Shown here: positions 1 to 9,600 of the stretch, piece by piece | Layout of the letters: each line of letters starts with the position of its first letter | Position numbering within the stretch: position 1 is the stretch's first letter | Virus record (IMG/VR): IMGVR_UViG_3300030085_002231 | Location: 1-64,000 of that record | Direction: 5' to 3' (one strand) | Source: a virus | DNA: 64,000 nt | Position numbers and translations under genes: made by a program | The notes under the pieces: model-generated | Seen by the model: the letters and a program-made list of their open reading frames with translations, nothing else | Told to the model about the DNA's origin: nothing | Database searches by the model: none

Positions 1-2
1 CA

Positions 3-428
3 ACTACATATCGCTTGTTCTCTACGCATAACGATGATTCAAATACAGAACACTTTATACATGATACGACAACCGATAACGTTGCTGTACCTTTGTATTT
101 CGAAACAAATGCACAAAAGGGATACGGGCATCCAGGTTTAAGACAGTTTTCAAGAAATCAACTGCATGATTATTTACGCAGAGCAGTAAGATACGTTGCA
201 GGTGGTGAAACTAACTACAGACAGTCTTATATAATCGATAGTGGTGCAACTGGAAATATTATGGGTGTTGGCATGGTGAATACGGAGATTGCAAATCCAG
301 TACCGAACTTTCAAATAAGACTTGCAGATCCAGGAGCTGCTGACCCTAATGATTATCGAGGTCAAGAATTTCCTACAGGTACACCTGCTGCAGTTAACAC
401 AATGTACTTAAAATTTGTGAGGCACTAA
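3..428 (+). CDS. C-terminal part of a hypothetical (probably virion-associated) protein, 5'-truncated by the window edge
   Basis: Frame is open from position 3 to the stop at 428; stop overlaps the next ATG (TAATG). Confidence 0.55.
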   Translation, partial: TTYRLFSTHNDDSNTEHFIHDTTTDNVAVPLYFETNAQKGYGHPGLRQFSRNQLHDYLRRAVRYVAGGETNYRQSYIIDSGATGNIMGVGMVNTEIANPVPNFQIRLADPGAADPNDYRGQEFPTGTPAAVNTMYLKFVRH

Positions 429-907
429 TGAAACTACACGACGCATACTTTTTTAACGATGATAGATCAATTGTCAGAACTATATGGCATGACAATGATA
501 GTAAAGAAATTATAAGAGATATACCTGCACAAGAAGATAACGCGCAATATCGTAAGTTCATGGTTGAAATGAATAAAGCAGGTGGAATAGATGCTTTGCA
601 TGAAAGAACGTATGAGTATCTCAAAGATACACAAGAAAATTTTGAAAATCAGGTAGTAGAAATTGCAAAGAGAAAAGGTCTATGGGGTGAGATTATAGAC
701 AACGATAATAGAGTTTTAATGAAACTTGCTGATTTCATTATGTATGATCAAAAGCAAATTGATAATAAATCTTTATTTAAGTTCAAACTAGCACTATTCG
801 AAAAAGATATTGTAAAAAACTCTACTGATAGAAAAGCAAAAGCTGGATTGAGAAAAGCAGAATCATATTATGATGCCATAATTGCATATAGAAAATTTAA
901 AAAATAA
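428..907 (+). CDS. hypothetical protein
   Basis: 159-aa ORF translationally coupled on both sides. Confidence 0.7.
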   Translation: MKLHDAYFFNDDRSIVRTIWHDNDSKEIIRDIPAQEDNAQYRKFMVEMNKAGGIDALHERTYEYLKDTQENFENQVVEIAKRKGLWGEIIDNDNRVLMKLADFIMYDQKQIDNKSLFKFKLALFEKDIVKNSTDRKAKAGLRKAESYYDAIIAYRKFKK

Positions 908-1644
908 TGCCAAAGAATATATTATGTGTCAAGTGGGGTACTAAATACGATGACAACTATGTAGAAAACTTAAAATCACAATTAGAAAAACATTGTTCCT
1001 ATGATTTTAATTTTTATTGTCTGACTGATAATCCACAAAAATCTTATGACTTAGAGCTCCCAACTCATTGGGATACTTATTTCAATTCAAAAACAAATTT
1101 TTTTTGGGCGTATAGAAAATGTTATATGTTCAATGAGGATCTCTTTCCTGAGATTGAAGGAGATGACTTTTTATTTTTAGATTTAGATATTTTAATTCAT
1201 AGATCTATAGACCCTCTATTTGATTTGAAAAATCCAAAGCCTCACATAGTAAGAGGATGGTGGAATGATATTGAAAACTGCAGAAAAAATTTTGGTAAAG
1301 GAAAGTCAACACCTCTAAACTCATCTGTTATAAAATGGAAAAGAGGTCAGCTATTTCCTATATACAATGAGATAGACAAAAACTCTGATTATATTTTCTT
1401 TACATATAAAACAATTGATAATTATTTCAATCAGTGCTGGTATGATGTGCACGATGAAACTAATGGTTTTTTAAGAGGATTCTCTAAAGGTTTAATATAC
1501 TCATGGTACAAAGGTAACATCTATCCAGAAGATATGTATCCTAAAGTTTTAAGAGAAGAATGCATGATTTGCTTATTCAATAACAGCGCATCTGGAATTG
1601 ATGAACATATGAATGAAGTAGAAGAGATTAATGGATTATATTAA
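907..1644 (+). CDS. GT-A fold glycosyltransferase-like protein (nucleotide-diphospho-sugar transferase)
   Basis: N-terminal ILCVKWGTKY..YV..L, FYCLTD, DxD motif (FLDLD), NSSVI.W. Confidence 0.75.
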   Translation: MPKNILCVKWGTKYDDNYVENLKSQLEKHCSYDFNFYCLTDNPQKSYDLELPTHWDTYFNSKTNFFWAYRKCYMFNEDLFPEIEGDDFLFLDLDILIHRSIDPLFDLKNPKPHIVRGWWNDIENCRKNFGKGKSTPLNSSVIKWKRGQLFPIYNEIDKNSDYIFFTYKTIDNYFNQCWYDVHDETNGFLRGFSKGLIYSWYKGNIYPEDMYPKVLREECMICLFNNSASGIDEHMNEVEEINGLY

Positions 1645-2272
1645 ATTTACACCTGATGCATTGGCCAACTTTGCTAGAGCATATCACTTAACAAACAAAC
1701 AAAGAGCATGGGCTTTACCTAGAATAAATGATTCTATGACTAAGTCACAGGTGCAAAGTAAAACTTGGTTATGTGGAGAATTATTAAAAATACAATGTGG
1801 TTTTAATAACGTAGTGGTTGTAGGTGGATGGTTCTGTCATATATTATCGATAATATTGTTTGATGAGTTGAAATCTAAATACGTATGTAACTACGATATA
1901 GATAGAGATGCACAGTTAATTAGTTATCAATTCAATCGCAGGTATAAAGATGCTGAAATATATAACTCTTCTCGTAGAAATATATTTTTAAGAAGATTAG
2001 AAGATACTCAATTACAACGTGGAAATATAGATTTAGTAGTTAACACCTCTTGTGAACATATGTATCACATGCATAAATTAAGAAAAAAACATTTTAATGA
2101 CGGACAGCTTTTTGCACTTCAGTCAACAGATTGTGAAGAATACGATGACCACATCAATTGTGTCTCAGGTCCAGATGAATTAGCAGAACAAGCAGAATTA
2201 GTAGAAGTGTACTATTCAGGAACAAAAGTGTTAGATAACGGGATGAATCGATTTATGGTGATTGGTAGATGA
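1631..2272 (+). CDS. class I SAM-dependent methyltransferase-like protein
   Basis: SKTWL, VVVVGGWF glycine loop, YDID, DLVVNTSCEHM. Confidence 0.7.
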   Translation: MDYIKFTPDALANFARAYHLTNKQRAWALPRINDSMTKSQVQSKTWLCGELLKIQCGFNNVVVVGGWFCHILSIILFDELKSKYVCNYDIDRDAQLISYQFNRRYKDAEIYNSSRRNIFLRRLEDTQLQRGNIDLVVNTSCEHMYHMHKLRKKHFNDGQLFALQSTDCEEYDDHINCVSGPDELAEQAELVEVYYSGTKVLDNGMNRFMVIGR

Positions 2273-3324
2273 ATGATATAGTTTACAGCTCTATGCCTCA
2301 TTTTACAGCACATGAAATGGCTAACGTTTACACTCAACCAAATAGATACTGCAACTATGAATGTTCATATTGTTGGCCAAGTTCACATACGAAAGTAAAA
2401 GACTTTGTCGATGCAGAAAAATTATATAAAACTATTGATGATTTATGTGAAAAATTTTATGATAGAGGAGTTAGACAAATAAACTGGGGATGGTCTGGAG
2501 GTGAAGCTACTTTTCATCCTAACTTTTTAGACTTTCAAAAAAGAATTTTATCGAATGATTACTTATATCATTCTTTTAATATGACTAGTAACTTATCACA
2601 TAATTTATCGTGGTGGAAAAAATTTATAAGAGAAACTGATAAGTTTCTTTATCGTACTATATCAGCATCATTGCACCAAGAGTTTGTTGATACTCCCGCA
2701 AAGGTAGAAAAATTTGAAGAGAAAGTTGTTTATCTAAAATCTAAAATAGGTAGAGTAATAATAAATCAAGTTATGGATATGGATTTATTTGATGATCAAT
2801 TAGAAGTATTAAGAGAAATTCAAGGTAATACTGGTGTAGACGCTAGGCCAAAAGTAAATAGTAGGCAATTAATTCAACATCGCAAGTTCGCTAACATGGA
2901 TGCGTTTGATTCAGATCAAATGAATATAATGAATAACTATTACAGCGAAAGCAACAACACAAAAAGAAATATGGCGCAAGTAGTCCAGTTAACAAATGAT
3001 AATCAAGTAATTTATCTAGATGACCAAGAACAATTGAAATTAAATAATTTTTGGCATGGGTTAAGTGATTGGTTTTGTACTGCTGGTCATTTGAGTATAG
3101 CGATAGATAGAAACGTAATAAAAAGAGGTGTAGGTGCTTGTAGAGATCAGGTTATTGGAACTGTAGGAGAAGATTTTGATTTACATACTGTGCCACAAAA
3201 ATGTGGAATAAAAGAAGATGAAGTATGTTCTTGTGTTGCTGACTTAAAGCTCCCTAAGTGGAAAGAAGGATTTGATATAAAATCGTTCTTAGAAAAAGAA
3301 AAACATGATCCTGTCAGCCGATAA
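2269..3324 (+). CDS. radical SAM protein with C-terminal Cys-rich (SPASM/twitch-like) region
   Basis: CNYECSYC (CxxxCxxC), SGGEATF, TSNLS, C-terminal CTAG...C...C...CSC. Confidence 0.85.
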   Translation: MNDIVYSSMPHFTAHEMANVYTQPNRYCNYECSYCWPSSHTKVKDFVDAEKLYKTIDDLCEKFYDRGVRQINWGWSGGEATFHPNFLDFQKRILSNDYLYHSFNMTSNLSHNLSWWKKFIRETDKFLYRTISASLHQEFVDTPAKVEKFEEKVVYLKSKIGRVIINQVMDMDLFDDQLEVLREIQGNTGVDARPKVNSRQLIQHRKFANMDAFDSDQMNIMNNYYSESNNTKRNMAQVVQLTNDNQVIYLDDQEQLKLNNFWHGLSDWFCTAGHLSIAIDRNVIKRGVGACRDQVIGTVGEDFDLHTVPQKCGIKEDEVCSCVADLKLPKWKEGFDIKSFLEKEKHDPVSR

Positions 3325-4066
3325 TAAAAAAATTAAATTTTTAAATTTCGATACGTCATTATTTAACCGGGCTTTATTAGGTTTATCTGGTGGCACAGAT
3401 TCTGCAATGATATTATATCTATTATGTAAGTTAAAACCCGAATGGAAGATAATATGTCACACAGGAATTGATGAGCCAAAAGATCCATGGGTTGGTGAGT
3501 ATGCTGCAGACATTGTAGACTTTATGAGATCTAAATTTCCACACGTAGATATAATTCATGAAGTTTATAAGTTTAATAGTTTAGATCCTGTGACTTTGTA
3601 CTATGCTACTAAAGAATGGAATGAACAACCTGATAAATCTATACTACCAACAGCACAAGGTTATTCAAAAGCTTTTGCTGCAAGACCCTTAAAACATGAA
3701 ATAAGAAAAAAACATGATATAAAACTTTCTATTCATGGTATTACAGCTAACCCGCCAATAGAAGTTCAAAAAGAACTAGGATTTGATCATGTAGCTGAAC
3801 CAAGAAGAAATCAAATTTATGAAGAGCAGCAATGGAAAGAATCAGGTAATATGCATTACCGTCCTTTTGTTAATATAGATAAAAAATTTATAGCAGACTT
3901 ATATAAACAATTTAATTTGATGGATGATTTATTTCCACTGACAATGTCTTGTATAGGCTTTGCACCTGAAACAAAAAACTTTACTGAACCATGTGGCAAA
4001 TGTTATTGGTGTCACGAAAAGAAATGGGCTTTTGGTTGTTATGATGGTGGAAAAAAATGTCTATAA
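3305..4066 (+). CDS. QueC-like PP-loop ATPase
   Basis: LSGGTDS PP-loop; TMSC...PCGKCYWC zinc motif. Confidence 0.75.
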   Translation: MILSADNKKIKFLNFDTSLFNRALLGLSGGTDSAMILYLLCKLKPEWKIICHTGIDEPKDPWVGEYAADIVDFMRSKFPHVDIIHEVYKFNSLDPVTLYYATKEWNEQPDKSILPTAQGYSKAFAARPLKHEIRKKHDIKLSIHGITANPPIEVQKELGFDHVAEPRRNQIYEEQQWKESGNMHYRPFVNIDKKFIADLYKQFNLMDDLFPLTMSCIGFAPETKNFTEPCGKCYWCHEKKWAFGCYDGGKKCL

Positions 4067-4707
4067 CATTAAGCTATACGTACTATGATAATTTTAAGCA
4101 ACTAAAATATTTAACTAATCTATATAAAAACACTGATTATAAATTTATAGTTGTTGATGATGCATCACCAAAGAGACCATTAGATGCAAATGATGTGCCT
4201 GACAACTGGTCTTTATATAGAGTGACAAAAGATGTTGGTTGGAATTGTGAGGGTTGTAGAAATCTGATAGCAAAAGTGTGCGATACTAAATGGATTGCTT
4301 TTTTTGATATGCATTATGTGTTGATAGACGATATAGATCTTGATGACCATGAAGAAGATTGTATATATTTTTTTGATGACTATAAAAACAATTCTCCTAC
4401 TAGGCTTCCGCCTAAAAATTTTTATCACGATCAGATCTATACTACTAAAGAATACTTTTGGAAATGTGGAGGTTATGATGAAACTCACATAGGTTATTAT
4501 GGTCTTGATGGGTTATTAGTTCGTGCAAATTTTAGATACAATATATCTGAGTTCAGAATAAAAAGTATAAAAAGTATAGACAAAAATTATGAAATAGAAC
4601 AGGCTGAAAGAAAGTACACCTTGGGCAAAGACAATCCTAACATAGTTTTACCAGATTTACCTAAAAGTAATGATAAAATAAGATTCCCTTGGATAAAAAT
4701 TAAATGA
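4057..4707 (+). CDS. glycosyltransferase, GT2/GT7-like
   Basis: IVVDDAS, RNL, GGYDE..IGYYG.D motif. Confidence 0.75.
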   Translation: MSITLSYTYYDNFKQLKYLTNLYKNTDYKFIVVDDASPKRPLDANDVPDNWSLYRVTKDVGWNCEGCRNLIAKVCDTKWIAFFDMHYVLIDDIDLDDHEEDCIYFFDDYKNNSPTRLPPKNFYHDQIYTTKEYFWKCGGYDETHIGYYGLDGLLVRANFRYNISEFRIKSIKSIDKNYEIEQAERKYTLGKDNPNIVLPDLPKSNDKIRFPWIKIK

Positions 4708-5384
4708 GAATTGTAGCAGTTAGGATTGGCGATAGGTACGGTCCTGAGTACGAAGAATATCTTGAATCTAAATTACCTGAATATGATTTTATTTGGGTTA
4801 GAGAACCTATACGCAGTGATGTAAAGCTGCAATGGAATAAAATGTATGGTATGTCACTAGATGTTGATGAACCTGTATGTGTGATGGACATCGATGTACT
4901 TCTAACAAACGACTATAAAAAAATATTTGAGTATCCTATAGAACGTGGCCAGTTTATAGCAATGCCAGGTTGGTGGCGTGATAGCAATCCTGAATACGTG
5001 ATAAATGGTGGGTTCTTTAAATACTACCCAAAAGATTGTAAATACATATATGATGAGTTCATGTCAAACGTAGAATATTGGCAAGAGTATTATATAAAAA
5101 ACGGCATAACTACTGGGCCAGTGAATGGCGAACAATACTTTGTATTTGATCAGGCTAAGAAAAAACTTGATATAAAGTTAATGCCAAAGAGTTGGTTTAC
5201 TAGATGGAAATCAAAGTATGAAGATACTGATAGAAGTTATACTAAATGGCAATACGCTATTACACAAAGATACAAAGAAGTAACTGGCAATGAATACGTA
5301 TGGATGGGTGATTGGCATCCGGATATAAAACTAATTCATTTTACTCATGCTCAAAACAAACCATGTCATCAATATCAGGTTTAG
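4704..5384 (+). CDS. GT-A fold glycosyltransferase-like protein
   Basis: VAVRIGDRYGPEY start, MDID (DxD), NGGFF, GEQYF, LIHFT; resembles 907..1644. Confidence 0.7.
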   Translation: MRIVAVRIGDRYGPEYEEYLESKLPEYDFIWVREPIRSDVKLQWNKMYGMSLDVDEPVCVMDIDVLLTNDYKKIFEYPIERGQFIAMPGWWRDSNPEYVINGGFFKYYPKDCKYIYDEFMSNVEYWQEYYIKNGITTGPVNGEQYFVFDQAKKKLDIKLMPKSWFTRWKSKYEDTDRSYTKWQYAITQRYKEVTGNEYVWMGDWHPDIKLIHFTHAQNKPCHQYQV

Positions 5385-5970
5385 TTTCACCCAAAAGTTT
5401 TGAATGAGTATGAGCATAACCAGCTGACATGACAAGCAAAGGTTGCTCTTTCACAAATGGTAACTCAGGCCAATTTGACTTTTCATCATTTGTCCAACTT
5501 GGAAAACAAAGGGTGTACATTACATCAATATCATTTTCTAAACATAAACCTGTGAATAACATTGACCATAAACCTATTTCTATACATGCAGTCTTTATAT
5601 TACCAGAATTTTTATATGTTTCAGGCCATATAGATTGGTAAAAGTGTCCTTCACCAACCTTTCTTTCTACAAACCCGTTTGCTTCAGCCAACCTTAGTGT
5701 AAATATAAAAACATAAGGAGCAAAACACTGAGTGTTAGCTGCAGTAGGTGTATATTCACCATCAGAAGCGCATTGCGTTAATTTATAAAGTTCATCTTTA
5801 TACTTTAAACAATCTGGGCCAAGTACGTGTATTTTATATGGCATCAAATTTTGCTTTGATGGAACTAAATCGTATGTTTTATTGATTATGCTCATCATTA
5901 AGTCGTAAGGTGGTGCTTTATCTGTAAAGACAGTACACCTTCTTCTTTTTTTAAAAACATCTTCAATCAT
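5341..5970 (-). CDS. nitroreductase-family flavoprotein
   Basis: KKRR..F, PSKQNLMPY, APYVFIF, IEIG..(S)MLF..LCLE; the only long minus-strand gene in the window. Confidence 0.7.
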   Translation of the reverse strand: MIEDVFKKRRRCTVFTDKAPPYDLMMSIINKTYDLVPSKQNLMPYKIHVLGPDCLKYKDELYKLTQCASDGEYTPTAANTQCFAPYVFIFTLRLAEANGFVERKVGEGHFYQSIWPETYKNSGNIKTACIEIGLWSMLFTGLCLENDIDVMYTLCFPSWTNDEKSNWPELPFVKEQPLLVMSAGYAHTHSKLLGETKPDIDDMVCFEHE

Positions 5971-5975
5971 AACTT

Positions 5976-5983
5976 TATTTATA
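5976..5983 (-). promoter_or_regulatory. T4-type late promoter TATAAATA for the nitroreductase (leaderless geometry)
   Basis: tatttata at 5976-5983; 5-nt gap to the ATG at 5970. Confidence 0.6.
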
Positions 5984-5995
5984 AATTGTTTTCGT

Positions 5996-6003
5996 TATAA
6001 ATA
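5996..6003 (+). promoter_or_regulatory. T4-type late promoter TATAAATA
   Basis: Exact consensus, intergenic, upstream of the virion gene block; gp55 late sigma factor is in the window. Confidence 0.75.
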
Positions 6004-6047
6004 AAGCTAACAGAGAATGTTCGAGTTACTTAGTATCGAGTGGTAAA

Positions 6048-6401
6048 ATGGCACAATACGAATTATTCAAGATCGATAAAGGATCTGATGTAGCGATACA
6101 GCTACATTTAGAAGATGAAGACGGCAATCAAAAAAACCTTGACGGTTATTCTATTGCTGCCAAGATGAAAAAGAATTTCAATAGCGATTCCTCAGATACT
6201 CATTCCTTTACTGCTGCTATCAACGCACCTACTAGTGATGGCCTGGTAACTCTTTCCTTAACTAACACTCAAACAGATGCACTCAAAGTCGGTAACTACG
6301 TATATGATGTAGAACTTTCTTTCGTAGATGATAGTGGTGGTGATACCATTATTGAAAGAATACTTGAAGGTAAGATAAGAGTCAGTCCATCGGTGACGTA
6401 A
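6048..6401 (+). CDS. BppU-like baseplate/fibre-attachment protein
   Basis: IDKGSD...NLDGYSIAAKMKK...LSLTNTQT..LK.GNYVYDVE...RILEG.I.VSPSVT. Confidence 0.6.
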   Translation: MAQYELFKIDKGSDVAIQLHLEDEDGNQKNLDGYSIAAKMKKNFNSDSSDTHSFTAAINAPTSDGLVTLSLTNTQTDALKVGNYVYDVELSFVDDSGGDTIIERILEGKIRVSPSVT

Positions 6402-6402
6402 T

Positions 6403-6603
6403 ATGCCAACAGCAAGTACAACACACGTAGCAAAAATTGTAATAGGAACTCCTATACGAAGAGTAGTAGGAGCCAGTGTTCAAGAGCTGAACGATTTATC
6501 GAATGTTACTATCACCAATGCACAAGACGGTGATATACTTCAGTTCGAAGCTGCTTCAAACAAGTTTGTAAATAAAGGTCAACTTAGTGGGGGAACTTAC
6601 TAA
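6403..6603 (+). CDS. small virion structural protein
   Basis: LNDLSNVTITNAQDGDILQF motif typical of phage fibre repeats; ends GGTY. Confidence 0.55.
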   Translation: MPTASTTHVAKIVIGTPIRRVVGASVQELNDLSNVTITNAQDGDILQFEAASNKFVNKGQLSGGTY

Positions 6604-9600
6604 TGGCTTTTCATATTACGATAAAAAATAGTATTACCAATAAAAGACCTAATAATTTAGCTCGAGGCGAACTTGCATACTCGTTTGCAAGTGGTGATTC
6701 AGGTCAAACTCTTTATATAGGTTCAGCTGATTCTGGTATTTCATTTGCCATAGGCGGCGCATTCTTTACCGATATGTTAGATCATACGAAAGGTGTATTA
6801 ACACCCAGTAGTGCGATCATAACAGATGCAAATAATAAGATCGATAAACTGCTTGTTGATAATACAGTTATCGACAGTGGCGATATCAGAACAGATGGTA
6901 ATTTATCATTGCTGCCATCGGGTGGTAGTGTATTAGTAAGTGGTACAGTAAGAACTACTGGGCAGTTTGTAGGTGTGTACGCAGGTTTTGATTCAGACTT
7001 TGGATTAAAAACTACTGACGATTTAACTGAAGGTTCAACCAACCTATATTACACAACTGCAAGGCATGACTCAGATACACTTTCACAAGTCGATTCAGCG
7101 TATATTCGTGCACGCCAACTTACTGATTTCCCATACGTAGATTCCGCTACGGTGTCACGTATGATTGATTCTGCAACCGGTGGAATCGATTCAGCAGTAC
7201 TTACAAGAATTATTAACTTACAAACAATTGATTCTGCACAAGTAGATCAGATGCTTGATAGTGCAATCAATGCTTTTGGTATAGACTCTAATTCTGTCGA
7301 CCAGATGATTGATAGCGCAGTTGGATTCCTGTCTACAAATTCTAGACCTGGTGTACATGGACTGCTCGATTCAACAGATGTAGATCAAATGATTGATAGT
7401 GCTATAGGTGCTTTCCATATCGATTCAGCTTCTGTAGATCAAATGATTGACAGTGCACTGCAGTTTGCATCAACTAATTCAAGGCCTGGCCAGCACGGTC
7501 TGATTGATTCGCAAGACGTGGATCAGATGATCGATAGTGCTGTTTCTAAAACTCATATTGACACATTAGAAATCGATGCTGGCACATTAGATGGTATTAA
7601 CTCATCACAGTTCTTACGTAGTGATGAAGATGACACCATATCTGCTAACCTAACTGTTGATTCAAATTTAGTAATAGGTGGCCAGTTACATGGCCCTGCT
7701 AATTTTATTATCGATCCTGCGACGATTGGTGATAATACCGGTACTGTACAAATACTTGGTAACTTACAAGTACAAGGTACACAAACAACCATCAACTCAA
7801 CAACTGTATCTCTCAACGACAAAAATCTCGTATTAGCAGATAGTGCTGCTGATAGTGCTGCAGCCGACGGGGCTGGACTTACTATCAACGGCGCTGGTGC
7901 TACCTTAACTTACAGCGCATCGCTAGATGACTTTGTATTTAATAAGCCTATTACCGCACCTAACATTAACGTTGATACGATTACAGTTACAGAAACAATC
8001 GTTGGTGGTTACGCTGGATTTGATTCTGACTTTAGCCAAAAATCTACAAGTGACTTGTCAGAAGGCACTAACCTATATCACACTAAAGCAAGAGTACAAA
8101 CACTATTAGATTCAAGTGGACATCTTGATTCGACCGGTGTTGATCAGATGATCGATAGTGCCATAGGCGCTTTTGGTATTGACTCTAATTCTGTCGACCA
8201 GATGTTGGATAGTGCATTCAATGCATTTACTCCAGACACTAGTGCATTCACTGCTAACGCACTGGATTCAAGTAGCGTAAATCAAATGATAGACAGCGCT
8301 ACGAGTTTTATTCAAGGTGCAAGAGTAAGCTTTAACGTAGCTCACAGCGGGTCATCTAACTATCAATTTACTGGAGATGGATTTACTGGTGCAACTGCTA
8401 ACCCTGCACTCTACTTAACTAGAGGTGTTGAATATTATTTCTACTTAGATGTTAGTGGCCACCCATTCTTCATTAATACTACAAACAGTACAGGTACAGG
8501 AAATCAATATACGGACGGTGTAACAAACAACGGTGCGCAAACAGGTCTCCTATCGTTTATTGTACCTATGAATGCACCGAACATACTGCATTATAACTGC
8601 CAATATCATTCTGGTATGAATGGTCCAATCTATATAATGGACCAAAATTCATTCATCGATTCAGATGAAGTGGACCGTATGCTTGACAGCGCATTAACAG
8701 CGCGCGAGGCTTTAATTGATCAAAGGGCTATAGATTCTGCATTAGTAATGCAGATGGTAGATTCTTCAAATGCTAACTTCGGTAACCCAAATAGCTTTGT
8801 TGATTCTACTGGCGTTGATCAAATGATTGATAGTGCCTTTGGAGCATTTACTCCTGTAACATCTACATTTACAGCACATGCACTTGATTCTAATGCTACT
8901 GATCAAATGATCGATAGCGCAATCACTGGTCCAATTAGGTCACATATACAATCATTTGGTTTCTTAGATTCGAATCTAATTGACCAAATGTTCGATAGCC
9001 ATCAGTCTAACGTTACTCACGGCGGCGGTGGCGGCGGAGGTGGCGGAGGCGGTCTCGACTCTAACGCAGTTGATCAAATGTTTGACAGCCACTTATCTAA
9101 TGTTCTGCATAGTGGTGGTGCAGGTGGAGGGTTAGACTCTAATCCTGTACAAAGGATGATAGATTCTTCAGCATTTACTGGAGATTCTGCAGACATTAGA
9201 AGAATGATTGATTCTGATTTAGATAGCGCTATAACAGGGCCAATCAGAACTCATATACAATCATTTGGTTTTGTGGCCAATGCTCTAGACTCTAATTCAG
9301 TCGACCAAATGTTGGATAGTGCCTTTAACGCATTCACACCGGCAACCAGCACATTTACAGCACATGCCCTTGACTCTAATGCGGTGGATCAAATGTTTGA
9401 CAGTCATCTGTCGAATGTTACACACGGTGGTGGAGGTGGTGGCGGCACCGGTGGATTGGATTCCGCAGAAGTACTGCGCATAACACAAGGTACCGCTACA
9501 GCGTTGACCATCACAAACTTCATGGTAACTGCAGACAGTAACCAAGGTGAGTTTACTAGAGATAGTGATGACGTAGCAATATCTATAGATTCAAATCAAT

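Noticed and set aside
2269-4066. Radical SAM + QueC-like pair as QueE/QueC for 7-deazaguanine DNA
   Set aside because: No folE, queD or dpdA in the window and the radical SAM protein does not look like QueE; cannot be excluded without the rest of the genome.
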